DNA of 64,000 bases from Escherichia coli (lineage in GTDB: Bacteria; Pseudomonadota; Gammaproteobacteria; Enterobacterales; Enterobacteriaceae): assembly GCF_001677475.2 (NCBI RefSeq), contig NZ_CP015229.1. One strand, written 5' to 3'. This document shows, one piece after another, positions 61,817 to 64,000 of this stretch; within the stretch, counting starts at the first letter, position 1, and each line of letters starts with the position of its first letter. Made by a program: the position numbers and the translations under genes. The notes under the pieces are model-generated. The model searched no databases. It had not been told where the DNA came from and saw nothing but the letters and a program-made list of their open reading frames with translations.

Positions 61817-61842
61817 TTCTCCCAAACCAACGTTTAAGAAAA
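61817..61842. promoter_or_regulatory. invertase crossover site (right)
   Basis: TTCTCCCAAACCAACGTTTAAGAAAA, imperfect palindrome resembling gix/hix; inverted repeat of site at 59981..60006. Confidence 0.65.
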
Positions 61843-61897
61843 TGCAGAGATTACGGCTAACTGGCATCATCCCCGGTTTTTATTCAGGGGATCCATC

Positions 61898-62497
61898 ATG
61901 CTTATTGGCTATGTCCGCGTATCAACAAATGACCAGAATACAGAATTGCAGCGTAACGCGCTGGAGTGCGCAGGATGTGAACTGATTTTTGAAGATAAAA
62001 TCAGCGGAACGAAATCAGCCAGACCGGGATTGAAAAAACTACTCAGAACGCTATCAGAAGGAGATACGCTGGTTGTCTGGAAGCTGGACAGACTGGGCAG
62101 AAGTATGAAACACCTGATCACGCTTATTGAGGAATTGCGGGAAAAAGGGGTTAATTTCCGTAGTCTGACGGACAGCATCGACACATCAACACCCATGGGG
62201 CGTTTCTTTTTTCACGTCATGGGGGCTTTAGCCGAAATGGAACGTGAATTAATTGTAGAGCGTACACTGGCCGGACTGGCAGCAGCACGCGCACAAGGAC
62301 GCATTGGCGGACGTCGCCCGAAGTTGACAAAAGAACAACACGAGCAAATAGCGAGGCTGATTAAAAACGGTCATGACAGGAAACAACTGGCGATCATTTA
62401 CGACATCGGCATATCGACGATTTATCGCTATCACCCTGCAGGCGATATACAGGCTGAAGAAACAACCAGGCAGACTCAGGAAAATGAAAACCGCTAA
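61898..62497 (+). CDS. serine DNA invertase, Pin/Gin/Hin/Cin family
   Basis: 199-aa ORF; N-terminal catalytic motif MLIGYVRVSTNDQ, resolvase domain, C-terminal HTH; adjacent to invertible segment. Confidence 0.9.
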   Translation: MLIGYVRVSTNDQNTELQRNALECAGCELIFEDKISGTKSARPGLKKLLRTLSEGDTLVVWKLDRLGRSMKHLITLIEELREKGVNFRSLTDSIDTSTPMGRFFFHVMGALAEMERELIVERTLAGLAAARAQGRIGGRRPKLTKEQHEQIARLIKNGHDRKQLAIIYDIGISTIYRYHPAGDIQAEETTRQTQENENR

Positions 62498-62523
62498 TCT
62501 GACCATTAGCGGTTTTGCGTTAA

Positions 62524-63018
62524 TCAAAACAGCCCTTTAACGGAGCTGGCCGCGCTGTTAAGGGATGATGTGACCTTATCTTTGAAGCCGGACAGCATAT
62601 CACTGAATGATGAGGATTGCAGGCGCTCCCGCAAATCCTCATCACAGCGTTCAAGAGTCAGTGAAAATTCTATCTTTTTCGCCTTACCGTAGCGATCAAA
62701 CTCGGAACGGGTCGTATTCGTTTCAGTCAGTACATACATGCCGTAAATTTGCCCGACACCATCAATCAGAGGCCAGGGGCGTCCTGTATATGCCTGCGTG
62801 GTCAGCAACGAAAGCGACACTTCGCCACCTGTAATTTCAGGATAAAGCACGCCGGAAAGCACAATGCGATCATCACCTGCACCGATATACTGCCAGCTTG
62901 CTGAACGGTTAACGCGTTCATTTTTCACATGCCGCCAGCTTTTGTTTTGCTGTAACTGCTGATGCGGCAGTGTGCGCAGCTCAAAAACAAACATGCCGTA
63001 GATCATCATCATGACCAT
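62524..63018 (-). CDS. tail protein, P2 gpU-like
   Basis: 164-aa ORF; motifs GMFVFELRTLPHQQ, GVLYPEITGG, WPLIDGVGQIYGMYV resemble gpU as I recall it. Confidence 0.55.
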   Translation of the reverse strand: MVMMMIYGMFVFELRTLPHQQLQQNKSWRHVKNERVNRSASWQYIGAGDDRIVLSGVLYPEITGGEVSLSLLTTQAYTGRPWPLIDGVGQIYGMYVLTETNTTRSEFDRYGKAKKIEFSLTLERCDEDLRERLQSSSFSDMLSGFKDKVTSSLNSAASSVKGLF

Positions 63019-63024
63019 GACTCC

Positions 63025-64000
63025 TCAATCTTTATCGTAAAAACTGCCACGTCCGGCACGGGCGCGCCGTTCCATCTCTGCCCTGACCATTTCACCGACC
63101 AGTTTCGCCAGTTCGCGGGGATTCTGCGTAACAACGTTATGCAGATGAACATGAATTTCACCGCCAAATCCGGAGACAGCAGGCTCCCGATTACGGGAAG
63201 CTGCAGGAACTGATGCCACTGGCGATCGTATGGCCTCCGCCACCGGGCGGGAGCTGGCCGCAACAACAGGGACCAGCGCCGGAGGCAGCGGAGCCGGGAC
63301 TACGGGTGTGATATTAATTGCGGGGGCAGGCTTACTGACCTGCGCAATCTTCCGCTCCTGCCACTCCCCACGAACAGCCAGTGCGCGGGGCAGGTTCTTA
63401 AAGACAATATCGCCGGGGCCAATGCGTTTTTTCGTCTCATCAACCAGCTTACCTGTGTTATCAGCAATTTTGCTGAGTCTGCGTAGCGTCCCGGTATTGC
63501 TGTCTGTGAGCGGTTTGTTGTCTTTGGGTTTATCACCTCCGGTGCCATTGCCATTTTCCACAGGCTTCGGCGGATTGATTTTCGCAAGGTCCCCCTGAAG
63601 CAAGGCAACCTTGTCCTGAAGAATGGCCGCACGCTGTGCGTCTTCGATTTTCTTGCGCGCCTTTTCCGCTTCATCCGGAAGGACGCCAAGTTTTTCAAGT
63701 ATCCACGCCAGCGTATCCAGTAGCATTTTTGCAGGTGTCAGAACAAGCTGTAACGCACCGCCAAGAACGTTACCGAATATCTCGCCAGCACTGGTACATT
63801 TATCCAGCGTTTCCTTGCTGGACTCCATCGGTGACAGCAGCGATTTAAACCAGTTAAACACCTGGCTGATCCCGCTTCCGATTGCGTCAAAAACAGGACC
63901 AAACCGTTCAAAGGTTTCGCGCAACGGGGTCAGCCTTTCCATAATCCCGCTGAACACCCCGGCATAAAACGCCTTGATGGGTTCCCAGTATTTCCAGATG
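63025..64000 (-). CDS. tail tape-measure protein, C-terminal part (gene start beyond window)
   Basis: Minus-strand frame open to window end; low-complexity Ala/Pro-rich and coiled-coil regions; immediately upstream of gpU-like gene. Confidence 0.55.
   Translation of the reverse strand, partial: IWKYWEPIKAFYAGVFSGIMERLTPLRETFERFGPVFDAIGSGISQVFNWFKSLLSPMESSKETLDKCTSAGEIFGNVLGGALQLVLTPAKMLLDTLAWILEKLGVLPDEAEKARKKIEDAQRAAILQDKVALLQGDLAKINPPKPVENGNGTGGDKPKDNKPLTDSNTGTLRRLSKIADNTGKLVDETKKRIGPGDIVFKNLPRALAVRGEWQERKIAQVSKPAPAINITPVVPAPLPPALVPVVAASSRPVAEAIRSPVASVPAASRNREPAVSGFGGEIHVHLHNVVTQNPRELAKLVGEMVRAEMERRARAGRGSFYDKD

Larger units (their letters stand above)
34622..64000. mobile_element. P2-family prophage (left end approximate; right end beyond the window)
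   Basis: Integrase, P2 C-like repressor, gpA-like replication initiator, Q/P/O/N/M/L capsid-packaging genes, lysis, baseplate V/W/J/I, tail fibre H, invertase, U/T in P2-like arrangement; host synteny breaks after btuC. Confidence 0.85.

Overview
The window has two parts. (1) Positions 1-34621 are an ordinary enterobacterial (E. coli K-12-like) chromosomal segment on conserved synteny: sufDCBA, ydiH, menI, ydiJ, ydiK, the sRNA rprA, ydiL/M/N, ydiB-aroD, ydiF, ydiO/P/Q/R/S/T, fadK, ppsA, ppsR, aroH, ydiE, selO, ydiV, nlpC and btuDEC. (2) From about 34622 to the window end lies a P2-family prophage, sitting where ihfA is expected next to btuC. It carries an integrase, a P2 C-type repressor, an early operon, a 946-aa replication initiator (gpA-like), leftward portal Q and terminase P, rightward O-N-M-L-X head genes, a lysis cassette, baseplate and tail-fibre genes, an invertible tail-fibre segment with a Pin/Gin-type invertase, and leftward U and T tail genes running off the window. 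The most interesting region is the accessory island between gene A and portal Q (43.6-47.6 kb), the position of the tin/old exclusion genes in P2. It encodes an actin-like ParM homolog with a ParR-like partner and twin palindromic operators, then a tightly coupled three-gene operon led by a protein whose C-terminus closely resembles the ClpX zinc-binding domain, followed by two unknown proteins, a 577-bp repeat-rich non-coding block (possible cos) and one more orphan gene. I consider this island, especially the ClpX-ZBD three-gene cassette, the best candidate for an undescribed phage-encoded system (defence, exclusion or host-takeover). A second candidate is the two-gene cassette between the integrase and the left prophage end. 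All homology calls were made by eye from memory of reference sequences; no searches were run.
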